Under the pieces are notes generated by a model that saw nothing but the letters and a program-made list of their open reading frames with translations, did not search any database and had not been told where the DNA came from. From the NCBI RefSeq assembly GCF_018350175.1, contig NC_058368.1:161140001-161204000 (forward strand): a DNA stretch of 64,000 nucleotides, given 5' to 3'. Below, in pieces: positions 25,708-37,605 of the stretch; positions within the stretch are counted from its first letter, which is position 1; every line of letters starts with the position of its first letter. The DNA is from Felis catus (lineage: Eukaryota). The position numbers and the translations under genes are program-made.

Positions 25708-25936
25708 TTTTTTTTTTTTTAATTTTTTTTCAACGTTTTTTATTTATTTTTGGGACAGAGAGAGACAGAGCATGAACGGGGGAGGGGCAGAGAGAGAAGG
25801 AGACACAGAATCGGAAACAGGCTCCAGGCTCCGAGCCATCAGCCCAAAGCCTGATGCGGGGCTCGAACCCACAGACCGCGAGATCGTGACCTGGCTGAAG
25901 TCGGACACTCAACCGACTGCGCCACCCAGGCGCCCC
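25708..25936 (-). mobile_element. Young felid SINE (SINEC_Fc)
   Basis: Nearly intact, CpG-rich (cggaaacaggctccaggctccgagccatcagccc...accgactgcgccacccaggcgcccc), long T tail, TSD cttgtgtcttttttt. Confidence 0.96.
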
Positions 25937-26176
25937 TACTTGTGTCTTTTTTTTAATGACTATATCAGATTTTTGAGCACGTCATTAATTACCATTATTA
26001 GATATTCTAGGCTCATCTTGTACTTTTGTTAACCTCACCATGAAAATGGAACATTTTTCCAAGGAGCCCTGATTATTTTGACAAATGGTATGTAGGGTTA
26101 GATAGTACAAGTGCTCACTGCTGCTAGATACCTATATACTAACATACATACATCTATGTAATCCTGTATCTATCCA

Positions 26177-26180
<4 letters not shown>

Positions 26181-26216
<36 letters not shown>
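26181..26216. repeat. (TG)n(CG)n microsatellite
   Basis: About 14 TG units followed by cgcgc. Confidence 0.95.
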
Positions 26217-27081
26217 CTGATAGCTCTAATTACAATTTAGAAATCATCACAGGGATCAATCTAGCCTTCCTTTCCTTATTTGCTATTGTTTCCTCTGATA
26301 TTGTAAAACCTATCCTTATGCACAATATATTTAGTTACTGTAGTAATATACATTAAAAATATGTACGTGCATGAAGGTGTTTCAGAGTCAGAAACGATTC
26401 CCCTGTAAGAAACATGTATTAACTAGAGTAAAATATCTGTGTATATTTTGTTTAGTCTTAAACCTTAAAATATACAAAGTACTGTTTCCCAAAATTATAT
26501 AACTTAGCTCTTGCCAACCCTCTTCACTATGTTTTGTCATTCACTTGTAATACAATTAAGTGCCTGTGTCACTGTGTGTGTTCAATACTGGATCGGTCCT
26601 TATCCTCATCCTTGTTGATTTTAATTATTTATACATGGAACGTAGGAGGGGTATGGGAAACATGAGTGTGGTTCTGACAATAACTCCTATGAAAATAGGA
26701 TATATGTAAGGTGCATATACAGTTTCTTTAGGTAAGGGCATATATACTTTGTTTAGTATTACCAAATGTCCCTCCAGAAGAGGTGTAGCAAATCGCATTT
26801 CTACCAGCAATGTATGAGTATGAATATACTTGTTTCCCTACAATCTCATAAATGCCATAGTTTAAAATTTTTACCAACCTGAAAGATGAGAGATTTTTCC
26901 TTTTAAGGACCATTTCTACATCTTTTTGTGTGTGTATAAGAATTTCCTGTTCATGTCTTTTTTTTTCCATTTTTCTTATTTTATTTTTGGATTTTGTTCC
27001 TATGCCTATCAGTTTTTAAGACTTGCTTATATATTAGAGGTATGAAGACTTCCAGTTAATATTCTAATTATTTTCTTCCAC

Positions 27082-27296
27082 TTTTTGTTTTTTTTTAAAT
27101 TTAATGTTTATTTATTTTTGAGAGAGAGAGAGAGAGGCAGAAAGAGAGGGAGACAGAGAATCCAAAGCAGGATCCAGGTTCTGAGCTGTCAGCACAGAGC
27201 CCCACGTGGGGCTTGAACTCATGAACCACAATATCATGACAATATCATGACCTGAGCAGAGGTCTGATGCTTAACTGACTGAGCCACCCAGTGCCC
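27082..27296 (-). mobile_element. CAN-SINE
   Basis: Reverse SINE with an 11-bp tandem duplication caatatcatga at ~27229-27250. Confidence 0.94.
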
Positions 27297-27954
27297 GTCT
27301 TCTCTTTTTCAGTTTTTGATTTTGTTTTTGGTGTTATCTGCAATGCACCTTATTTCATTTGTAAAAATATATGAATCTTTTATAGTCCATGAAAATTAAG
27401 TAAGAGCTCAAAACCCTTTACCTACACCAATCTTAAAGAGAAACTCACCCATGATTGTTGTACCTGCATGATTTAATTTTTTACATTAGATCCCTAATTC
27501 ATTTGCAGGTTATCCTTTGTGTGATATGAGATATGGATCACACATAATTCATTGAAGAATAGGTTTTTTGCTCCAATGATATGAAATTTAACTTACATGA
27601 TACCTAAAATCTCCATACTTTTTAGTCTATTTCTGGGCTTTTTACTTAAATCCAATAACTTACTTCCTTTATATCACTACTTTTCAATTGTAGAGACTTT
27701 TGGTATTTTTTAATATCTCTTTGGTCTGGTTCCTTCTCACAGCTTTCCTATCCTTTCATGCTTGTTTTCTTATCTGAAATTTATTATCAGCTTGTCCAAC
27801 CCTATAAAAAAACAGGCATATTTTTAAGGATTATGTTTAATCAATAAGTTAATTTAGGGTGAACTGACTTATCCAATCTATTAACCAGGAATTTCTTTCC
27901 ATTTTCTCAATATATTTTTATGCCCTTAAGTAGTATTTGAAATTTTTGTTCATA

Positions 27955-28146
27955 GGGGCCCCTGGGTGGCTCACTCCGTTAAGCGTCTGACTCTTGATTT
28001 TGCCTAAGGTCATAATCTCATGGTTGGTGAGTTCGAGCCCCAAATCAGGCTCTGTGCTGATGGTGCAGAACCTGCTTGGGAGTCTCTCTCCCTCTCCTTC
28101 TGCCCCTTCCCTGCTCACTCTCTCTGAAAATAAATAAATTAAAAAA
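27955..28146 (+). mobile_element. CAN-SINE
   Basis: ggggcccctgggtggctcactccgttaagcgtctgactcttgatttt, gagttcgagccc, A tail; flanking ttcata. Confidence 0.94.
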
Positions 28147-28284
28147 ATTATTCATAAATGTCTTAAACACTTCTTCTTAAGTTTATTCCTACATATTTAA
28201 TCATCTTTGTTGCTACTGTTAATGAGTATCTCTTCACTATAATGACCTCTAACTTATTAGTTTTGTGTATGAAAGCTATTGATT

Positions 28285-28440
28285 TTGCTACAGCTGCCTT
28301 AAAGTACCACAAATTGAATGACTTAAACAAAATAAATTAATTGCATCAGAGTTCTGGGGGCTAGAAGTCCAAGCTCAAGGTGTCTTCAGCATTGTTTCCT
28401 TCTTAGGCTGCTAAGGGATAATGTGTAGTATGCCTCTCCT
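28285..28440 (-). mobile_element. MLT1 (MaLR LTR) fragment
   Basis: aagtaccacaaattgaatgacttaaacaa...gttctgggggctagaagtccaagctcaaggtgtc is the classic reverse MLT1 end. Confidence 0.8.
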
Positions 28441-29255
28441 TATACTGAAGAATTTATTATTGTTATGTTTCAAATTAGAGAGGGCATTATAGGATTTTTA
28501 ACAAAGGTAGTGAAATAAGAATTGCTTTTTAGAGAACTGAAAAGAAGGATTAAAGTATATAGGCAGAAGGAATAGTTAGGAGATTACAGCTTTCAAGTAA
28601 AATATAATGAGCATTTGTAGGTAATATCTTAGCAGTTCTTATGAAGAAAAAAGAATAAAAGAAATCTTAATTTGCAGAGTATGTGGGAGAAGAAATCTGA
28701 AGTAAGCCTTGATAGCAACCTGGTTGTTATAAGAGCAATCAGGATATCTTACAAGGTGAAATAGTCTGGGATAAATGGTAATGAGTCTAGTTTTGTCTAT
28801 TAGTTTCAATAGTTTGTTGAAAAGAAGAATGTGTATGGTTTTCTCAAAGAGGTAGTATAAAATAAAAAGAAAATTAAAGAAAGCTGAGAAAATAAGCCTG
28901 GGAAACAGAAACTGCTGTTTAAGATTTAAGGAGCAAAAGAATCCAGGAAATGACACAGATGAAGGGAAAGACTGTGATTTCAAAACAACTTCCACAGTAA
29001 TGTTCAACAGTAATGAACACATGAAAGACAGTAAGTTCCACTGGATGATATGATATGAATTGATATGATATGATATATTACAAATGCTTAAGTTGAGATG
29101 GTGAACATAAAAGTTGGGGATATAAAAGTTGAATGATGAGTAATGAGGAAATATAAGGTGAGAAAGTGGGGAAACCATGTGCCTTTTGAAGAAACAGCAT
29201 TTGAGGAGAGAGGAAACATTAATCAGAGAGATTGAAGTAGTAAGAAAGGATTGAT

Positions 29256-29476
29256 TTACTTTTTTTTTGAAGTTTATGTATTTATTTTGGAAGAGAGTGC
29301 GTGTGCTAGAGAGAGTGGGGCAGGTGCAGAGAGCAAGGGAGAGAGAGAATCCCAAGCAGGCTCTGCACTAACAGTGCAGAGCCCAATGTGGGGCTCCATC
29401 CCACAAACCATGAGATCATGACCTAAGCTGAAATCAAGGATCAGATGCCAAACCTGCTGGGCCAGCCTGGCACCCC
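29256..29476 (-). mobile_element. CAN-SINE
   Basis: Reverse SINE; TSD aaggattgat at 29246-29255 and 29477-29486. Confidence 0.94.
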
Positions 29477-29514
29477 AAGGATTGATATTTTATAACTAAA
29501 AGAAAATTGAACAA

Positions 29515-29568
29515 TTTTTTTAATGCTTAGTTATTTTGAGAGAGAGAATAAGAGCAGATGAGGGGGTG

Positions 29569-29618
<50 letters not shown>

Positions 29619-29723
29619 CCCAAGTAGGCTCATCAATATCATCACAGAGCCCAAAACTTGGGATCATGACCTGAACTGAAATCAAGAGTCAGCCGCTTAA
29701 CTGACTGAGCTACACAGGTGCCC
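29515..29723 (-). mobile_element. CAN-SINE with long (GA)n and internal deletion
   Basis: (GA)n ~29571-29616, gatcatgacctgaactgaaatcaagagtcag; TSD gaaaattgaacaattt / gaaaactgaacaattt. Confidence 0.93.
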
Positions 29724-30509
29724 TGAAAACTGAACAATTTAATCAAACAAGTAAAACGTTCTAAGGTAAGGTTTCTTATCGATTGGGTGACGGTGATTGA
29801 AAAAGGTATTTGCCATGTCCTTTGCAGTTTACTACAGTGCAATTCTGCATGCAAGTGCACTATAGTCAAAATAATAGAAAAATAGAATCTTCACTAGATA
29901 AACAAAGGCATAACATTTTTGGAATAATTTAAATATGCAAAAAAATAATTGCTATCAGTTGTGATTTTTCAATAAAGCTTAATAAGATTAATATGGAGTA
30001 TGGCTAATACTTAGTCAAACCACTGACAGAATGAATTAGTACTCAGTTACAAAATATTTCAATTATGTTTTCAGAATTAATGATTCCTAATAGGTTATTA
30101 GGTTATTTTTAATTTAAATAAATATGTGAGGCAAAAGCTTATGAGTGTGTAATTACTTACACATTCTGTTCCCACATCTGTAAGATGTTAGTTGAAAAAA
30201 AAAAGAGGATTAAAGAAACAAGAGATAGAACCACACAGCCAAACACACACACAAAAGGAGAAAAAAGAGGCACAGGTTAAGGAAGGGTCATGTCACCTTA
30301 AAAGAGCCACAGTAATACTGCAGAACTAGACATAAAATTTTCAAGAATAATTTTTGGTTGTAATGAAAATACTCCTTATTGCTCTTCCTCCCTCTATCCC
30401 TTCAACTCTGCTTCCTTCCTATCTTACATTAAAAAAAAAAGAAAGAAAGAAAGAAAAAAAGTCATTTATTCTGAAAATCCACTTGCATCAAACAGTTGTT
30501 AGAAAAAGA

Positions 30510-31063
30510 TCCTTTGCCATGTGTTCAGTGGTATATATATGTCTTCCTTGGAAAAACTTTTATTCAGGTTCTCTACCCACTCTTTACATAGAATTGTTAG
30601 GGTTTTTTGGTGTTGACTTTTGTGTTTTGCATATTTTGGATATTAACTCCTTAACCGATATATCATTGGTAAACACCTTAAATTCAGCAGGTTGCCTTTT
30701 TGTTTTGTTTATGGTTTCCTTCACTCTGAAAAACGTTTTTATTTTAATGTAGCCTAATAGTGTATTTTTGCTTTTATATCCTTTGACTTGGAAAACACAT
30801 CTGGAAAAATGTTGTTATGTCCTAAGTCTGAGAATCACTGCCTGTGCTTTTAGGATTTTTATAGTCTCAGGTCTCATATTTAGATCTTTGATTCATTTTG
30901 AGTTCATTATTGTGCATGGTGTAAGAAAGTGGTCCAATTTCATTCTTTTGCATGTTGTTGTCCAGTTTTCCCCCCATTTACTGAAGAGACTGTCTTTCCC
31001 ACATTGTATATCCTTCCCTCTTTTGTCACGAATTAATTGACTGTGTAAGTGTGGGTTTATTTC
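30510..31063 (-). mobile_element. L1 ORF2 3'-part fragment (decayed)
   Basis: tttagatctttgattcattttgagttc...ggtgtaagaaagtggtccaatttcattcttttgcatg...tccagttttccc...ttactgaagagactgtctttcccacattg is reverse L1 ORF2. Confidence 0.9.
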
Positions 31064-31290
31064 TCAGAGTTATGGAGGTTGAAAGTTTGAGGCTAGAGCC
31101 CTAGCATGGTCCAATGGGGGCTCTCTTCCAGATTTCACACATCTTGTATCCTCAGATGGCAGAGGGGGAAATGGTGATCTCTTCAACCTCTTTTATGAGG
31201 GTGAGGATCACAATTATCAGGGCAGAGTAACCTAATCACCTCCCAAGGGCCCTACTGTCTTAGGGGTTAGGTTTCAACATGAATTTTGTG
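31064..31290 (-). mobile_element. MaLR LTR fragment (MLT1A/B-like)
   Basis: gttatggaggttgaaagtttgagg...acctaatcacctcccaagggccc...gggttaggtttcaacatgaattttg. Confidence 0.75.
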
Positions 31291-31789
31291 GGGGTACACT
31301 CAAACCTTGGTATAATTTATATTTTCTCATTATTTATGTTGAGATAGTTTCCAACAGGTGTGATCATTTTAATGAAGGAGTAAATTATAAAAAATATCGT
31401 TACATTGATTGGCCAATTAAGGACTTTGCATAATTTGGAGTACAAAGTATTTAAGACAAAAGCCATTGTAATTTTTAAAAAAAAAAAATTCCAACTTACA
31501 CTGGAAAAGTAAAAGTTGAGTGATGGGACATAAGAATATCAGAACTTAAAGCCACATTCTGACTGGTCTCACATTCTAGAAGTGGATTGCTTATTGTTTC
31601 GTTTTGGCTTGGTTGGGTTTTGCTTATGTAAGAAAGTTGTCAAAATTATCCTATCAAAAACTTAGTTGTTCTATATATATATCATCTTCTTTTCAATTTT
31701 CTTGAAATTTGATCGATATTCAGAATTCAGAATTTGATCGATATTCAGAACCTTGATTGATATTCAGAATTTCCATTTGTTCTTTGTTT

Positions 31790-32090
31790 CAAAGATCTAA
31801 TACTAAGCATCTATTAGATGATAAGCACTGAGTTTATATGGGTGTGGATTCTAGACAAGGTCCCTGTGACAGAGAGCTGACATTCTAATCAGGGTGAGAG
31901 TGGAGGGAGGGCAGAAGATAAAGCACTTTAAACACTGAGGTAGTTTTACTTTATATAATATTATGAAGAAAGTGAAGCAGCACCATATGAGAGAGAATGA
32001 TAGGAGGATGCAGGGGCCAGTGACTTTAATAAGGCTCCCAGGTAAGGTATCCCTATGGAAATTACATGTTAGTTGAACCTGAATGACCTA
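31790..32090 (-). mobile_element. L2 3' fragment
   Basis: tactaagcatctattagatgataagcactg...gacaaggtccctg...gagctgacattcta...gttgaacctgaatga. Confidence 0.65.
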
Positions 32091-33997
32091 TCTGTTATAT
32101 TTGTTTTTTAATATATGGGTTTTATACTTGTCTGTAATCATAAAGAATACAAAACTTAAATAAGTATTTTACAAATTGAATTATTTTCATTAGTAAGGAA
32201 ATATTTGAGCAGATGTGTTATATCCTACAGCACAGGCTCCCTTGAGATCAATGGCGTGAGTGAGTATAATAGGGGACTTATTTTGAGGGCATGGCTTTTA
32301 ATTCCAAACATAAAAAGATAAAATTGACTGGCACAGAAACCAAACTGAAATTCTGGTCACTGGACCTTCAAGATATTTTAGCCCGAACTACTCAAGCCTA
32401 TGAAGAAACAAGACAAGATAGATCAAGTGCCATGTCTGGGACATTAATTACTGGTAGCCATGGTCTTACCTAAGACAAAGTAGGCAAGTTCAGTGTCCCT
32501 TCATCACAGTGAATGAGATGTAGTCAACTGAGACAATGAGCTACAAGAAAACTAACAACAGTTTAACAAAACAAAGCAAAGTCATGAATTTTTTTTCAAT
32601 ATTAACAATTTTTCTTAGGCACACCTTTCATTTTTGTGTGTGAATACTATCAATGATTCAAAAAGATAAACTAAAAGGATCTAAAATGAATGTTTGTGTG
32701 CTGGCTCCACTCATTACTCATTATGGAGATTTTTAAGTCATTCTGTTTATCAAAAAACTTTCATTATACTTCTACTATATCCCAAGCTGTGGATAAAGGA
32801 ATGAAGGCATGGTTCTTACTTTCAAGAGGCTTACAATCTTCAGTATCTTCTCAGGACAGATGAGCAAGTGACCAAAGGAATTTTGTGAATGTGCTTCATA
32901 AATTGTAAAGTGATATTAAAATGTTTCTTGTCATTAAAGAAGCATAGGAGTTAAAAGTGTAAATGGCAGGTGGTTGACAATGCATGCTACTGAGATGAGG
33001 AAGAAAGGTACAGATTGAGATCAAAGATTAGATATTGCCTCATTATGATGCTTGAGATAGCTACAGGACAATATAGTAGAGAAGCTAAGATGTTAATAGG
33101 GATTTTGTTATGTATTCTGGGCATACTGGAAAAAATCACTGCCAGAAATATAAGTAACTATATACATAGGAATATGATATATGAAAAGGGAGAGTGTGAA
33201 AACATGAACTATACATATACAAAGTTTTGCTGTGATGGAAAGCAAAGAAATGAAACAATATGTGGATATTTAATAGATGTCAAGGAGAGATTTAAAGTTT
33301 TTACACACAAAAAAAAAATGTCTCCCAAATGGCCTTCAGAAGTCCCAAGTATCTGTTGACTGCTGTCAGTGTTGTTTTTCTTTGTTAACATAGTTGAAGG
33401 AATACATGAAATGCTTATTAGCAAATGCTCATAAATAATGTAAAGTATCTGACTACAAATATTGTATGGTTCAATCAATATTCCAGCTGAAACAAATTAT
33501 CCTAGATTAGCATCTGATTGTCTTGGGTTTTCCTAAATTGCTACCTTAAATTTTAATCGACTCTGGAAATGGAATAGGTCTCTGGAAATAAACAGAAACA
33601 GGTAGATTTCAACTGTATGTTTTTCTTTATTACTTCTCTCTTCCTTTAGTATCTGTGACCACCATCTGCTCAGCTTCGTATTACATTTCTTTTCTCTTTT
33701 AATCTGACTCAAAATTCACTTATGATCTCACCTGAATTAAAATAGCAAGAACTTTAAGAATATTATCATTAAGGTGAAGTGTTGATTTTCTTGGTGTCTA
33801 TATATTTCATTTGAAAATGACCACAGATACCCCAACAGTAGTTGCTCTTTAAGAAAAACAGAACATACAGAATCCTATCTAAGAATTGGAACTAATAACT
33901 ATTGGTTGAATTTAAAATGTGGTTATATGGCAGAGACGGCAAATAGGAGTTGTTCATCTATTTTGTATATACTTCTTGTTTTGCTGTGGGATACCTT

Positions 33998-34104
33998 TAG
34001 GATAGACAACCGTCCAGGTTTACCCAAAACAGGGGTTTGAGCACTAAATGCACAAACCAGGTAATCTCTCTGTTTTAGGCAAAATGTGGCAGCTAGTCAC
34101 CACA
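33998..34104. mobile_element. MER81-like hAT MITE
   Basis: About 107 bp starting taggatagacaaccgtccaggtttaccc and ending ctagtcacca, resembling TAGGGTGACCAAC.../...GGTCACCCTA terminal inverted repeats. Confidence 0.5.
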
Positions 34105-35349
34105 CATTCTACAAAGCACTTTTACTTTGAAGAGAAAATACAAATTGCTAACAAATATCTTAAATACTCTGTTTAAACATTATTAATCTATTCGGTATAT
34201 TAGTTATCTACATTTTGTGAAAAACGGAGACCATGATGTCTACATACAGACTGGCTTCAAACTTGCTTTTAAAAGTGCCTGGGCTCAAAGAAAGAAATTA
34301 CTGCTTCATAACAAAGATGTATGATACATGGGGTTTTATTTTTCTAAGCTACAGTCTCTAAGCCAAGCTGAATCAATATTTTTCAATTTGTTTTCAACTT
34401 TAAGGCTTTGGCAACTAATGCAACACAAGAGTGCAAAACACAAAGAAACAAACTTCTGAAGTTTATAAATTTGGAGTTTAGAGAAGGAGTACAGGAGATA
34501 GCCATTGTTCTGAAGAAACAAGAAAGCTTTTTTTTTTTTCACATAACAAACGAAGCAGGAAATTCCACAGTGGTGGCTGAAATGTTGTTTACATCTTTAC
34601 TCAACTGTGTCTATCATCTCTGATGCGGTTATAAATATCCAAGAATTTGCCAATACTCAGCATTATGTTCTTGATTCTCAATTCTGACAAAGATCATCTT
34701 TCACAATGTAGTGAATTTCAATAAAACCCGGGATGTATCTTGGGAGAGTTTCAGTAAAACAGGAAAAAATGATGGTAAGCAAAAAGCTTAAATGAGAACT
34801 TTTTTTTACAATTTTTGGAGATGGGCAAGAGCACAAAGATAATTAACCTGTTTTTGGAGATATCACCAGACCGAAAATTATTTAAAAAAAATCTGACTGC
34901 TGCAACACTTGGGGGATTATTTCATCTATCTTTAAAGGAAAAGCACATGATCAAACATGCATAACACATTCCAGCTGGGCCGAAATAAAAATTCAAGATT
35001 CTCAGAATACCACTGCTATACTCAAAATGTATTAAGACAATCGACTAAGCTTCAAAACCGGAGCTACATACTAATTCTTCTAGAGTCACAGCACGTGAGA
35101 GTTTGTTGCCGTGACACTAACTGCCTTGCACTTCAGTTAATAATGCCTTTCTCATTCTGCTCCTACTGTGTCAATACCAACCATCCTTCTATCTAGCTGT
35201 CCTTCCTCCCATGTCTGCAAACCATCTTGGTATTTCCCTTATTCGACGCTGAGTGAAATATTCTGAAATTTTGGTAAGAACCACTTTATAATTTACTATC
35301 TTTCTCTGTAATTATACATATGCAACTAATCAGGTAATACCACAACTAC

Positions 35350-35790
35350 TACTACTAATGGCTAACTTTCACTGAGTACTTTTTACACATCAGACACTGT
35401 GATAAACACTTACATTTATTATTTTATTAAAAAGAACACCTCAAAGGGCACCTGGGTGGCTCAGTCAGTTTAGCGTCCGACTATAGCTCGAGTGATGATG
35501 TCGTGGTCCATTAGTTCTAGCCCTGCATCGGGTTCTGTACTGACAGCTCGGAACCTGAAGCCTGCTTTGGATTCTGTGTCTTCCTCTCTCTCTACCCCTC
35601 CCCTACTCATGCTCTGTCTCTCTCTGTCTCTCAAAAATGAGTAAATGTTAAAAAAATTAAAAAAAAAACACTTCAAGGCAATTTTTATATGTTCTATTTT
35701 ACATATGAGGAAACCACAGGCGCAGAGAAATAAAGTTACTTGCCTCATTCAGAAAACTAAGCATGGTAAATTAGAAGCTGTAAAGCAAGA
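35350..35790 (-). mobile_element. MIR interrupted by a SINE
   Basis: atggctaactttcactgagtactt...cactgtgataaacacttacat and attttacatatgaggaaaccacaggcgcagagaaataaagttacttgcc flank the SINE. Confidence 0.75.
35446..35669 (+). mobile_element. CAN-SINE
   Basis: gggcacctgggtggctcagtcagtttagcgtccgact; TSD aacacctcaa / aacacttcaa. Confidence 0.94.
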
Positions 35791-37557
35791 TTTTACCGTG
35801 TGAGACTAAACACATATAGTTTTTCACTTTGTTACTAAAAACAAACAAACAAACAAAAAACCCCAAAACGTTCCATACAGGTTTCTATGGATGATTTTTA
35901 GAGATCTGTTATCTAAAGATTAGAAAGTGCGGTATGGCTAGAAAATCGGTCTACTTGCCAGTCCTCGAAACTAACGTTTATCCATTTGGTGGACAAACAC
36001 TACAGAGTGGGAAATTAGAGGAATATCTCATTCGTCCCAAATTTCCCCAAATCATGTCCTTAAATTCCTTACAGAAAGAGTTTAAAAGGCTCCCAACTCA
36101 CCCTAGAATAAATAGACTTTTAAAATAGTAAACAAATAAGTATATGTGTATGTGTATGCCTTGTGTGTGTCTATAGAATTAGAAAAAATGATATAGGTAG
36201 AATTTAAATTAGAAAAACAATAGGTTGATAAACAGATACACAGATAGAGGATAGGTAGATAGAAAAATAACAAATATTATTTAAAAATGGCAGTGATTAT
36301 GACATTATACAGAGTGAGGAACCTGGTCACAGGAAAATGGCAAAGATACAAATAAACAAAAGACCTATAAGTCACAGAGAAAAAAAAATTACAGTATGCA
36401 TTTAGGAAGCACTAAAAATGCAGCACCATTAAAAGCATGCTTAGGGTATTGATTCCTTTTACCATCTAACCTTGACTAAGAATGCCAACCAATTTAACTT
36501 CAGTTTTTATTCAGCAGGGCAATCGGTTGAGTATAAAACTTATGTATAATATACTTTCTTACATGAAAGGAATAGCCGCAGGAGGAGCATGTGTTTCTTA
36601 GAGTTCTATCTTCTCACTACCCCTCTGAGTATTTCCAAAGCAGCTTACATTTTGTTATATTGATACCACAGTTATTTATTTTCCTGTCAAGTCTCTGTTA
36701 CTGTCACAATCTCACACGTGTAACAAAGTACATACGATTCCAAGTCTTAGGTATTTTACGGCCTTGTTTTGTTTCATATACATGTTCAATAATAACTGTT
36801 TTCCTCAAATTTATTTCCTTTTTGCAGCCCTGGCCAGATATATGAGCATTATTTCTCTTCAGTTGGCCAGTGCTGCATTTGCTTTTTAATATGCACACTT
36901 TCATATTATTCCATACTATTCCTTCTTAATGGGTTTCATACACACCTCTTTGTCATCTTCATCCTCTCGTGTGCCTGCCTGTCCCTTCTCCCAGCATTCT
37001 CCTTATACTTTACATTCTTTCCCTCTATTGGCTACTTTTCCTTTGAGGACGTTTATTTCCTATCTGTAAAGTCCATCTAGCCTAAAGCGATTTCTAATTC
37101 CTTACAAAACTGAAATCTATTCTATCTCTGCCACAAGCTAAGATTTTAGTTTTATGTTCCTCCACGCCTCCTTGGCCTCAATGAGGTACAAGTACCAAAT
37201 GAACTCTGACCAAATTTCAAGGATGGCTTATGTAACAAAGCAAACAGACTGTGCTTCCATTTCACAAGGTGATAGTAGCCAGGAGACTTCACTCATATAA
37301 TATAAAGCAAGTTTTGAAAGAGTCATTGTATCAAGGCAGCGCTCATGAAACTCAAACAGACTCTGCAGGAGATGGTTTCTCCCCTCTTGAGAATTATACT
37401 GATTACAAAGCATCACAAACAAATATTAAAACCTATTCTCAGAGACACAGATTCCAAAACCACCTCTCACAGGGAAAGAGCAATGTGCTTATCACAGCTT
37501 CCTGAAAAGGAAGCTTATTTGTTTCTTTTTGTTTTCAATTTCATAATTACATTTTAA

Positions 37558-37605
37558 TCTTGCTTCCTGTATCTTCCTGAGATCTCTGTGATACAGGAAG
37601 CAAGA
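37558..37605. repeat. Perfect 16-bp inverted repeat with 16-nt spacer
   Basis: tcttgcttcctgtatc (37558-37573) and its exact reverse complement gatacaggaagcaaga (37590-37605). Confidence 0.97.

Larger units (their letters stand above)
25560..28285 (-). mobile_element. Old L1 (L1MC4/5-like 3' region), fragmented by later SINEs
   Basis: tgtcccagatttggccattgggagc...ggctcatcttgtacttt...tttttccaaggagccctg matches the remembered L1MC 3' end; downstream ttaccaaatgtccctccagaagagg...ccagcaatgtatgag and tttattcctacatatt...ttgttgctactgttaatg are L1 reverse motifs. Confidence 0.7.

Noticed and set aside
25694..26032. 112-aa ORF and the many MAQSV.../EPASDSVS... ORFs
   Set aside because: Translations of CAN-SINE sequence that recur with every copy.
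28639..29355. Longest ORF (238 aa, minus strand)
   Set aside because: It starts inside a SINE at a non-ATG codon and is F/L/I/S-rich because this strand is pyrimidine-rich, so stops are scarce. No recognisable domain or splice context.
30354..31040. ORFs of 132 and 90 aa on the plus strand
   Set aside because: Mostly antisense translations of a decayed L1 ORF2 fragment.
33015..33359. 114-aa ORF
   Set aside because: Purine-rich, probably decayed L2-like DNA; no homology I recognise.
37251..37505. 84-aa ORF with protein-like composition
   Set aside because: GTG start, no recognisable family, no convincing flanking splice sites.
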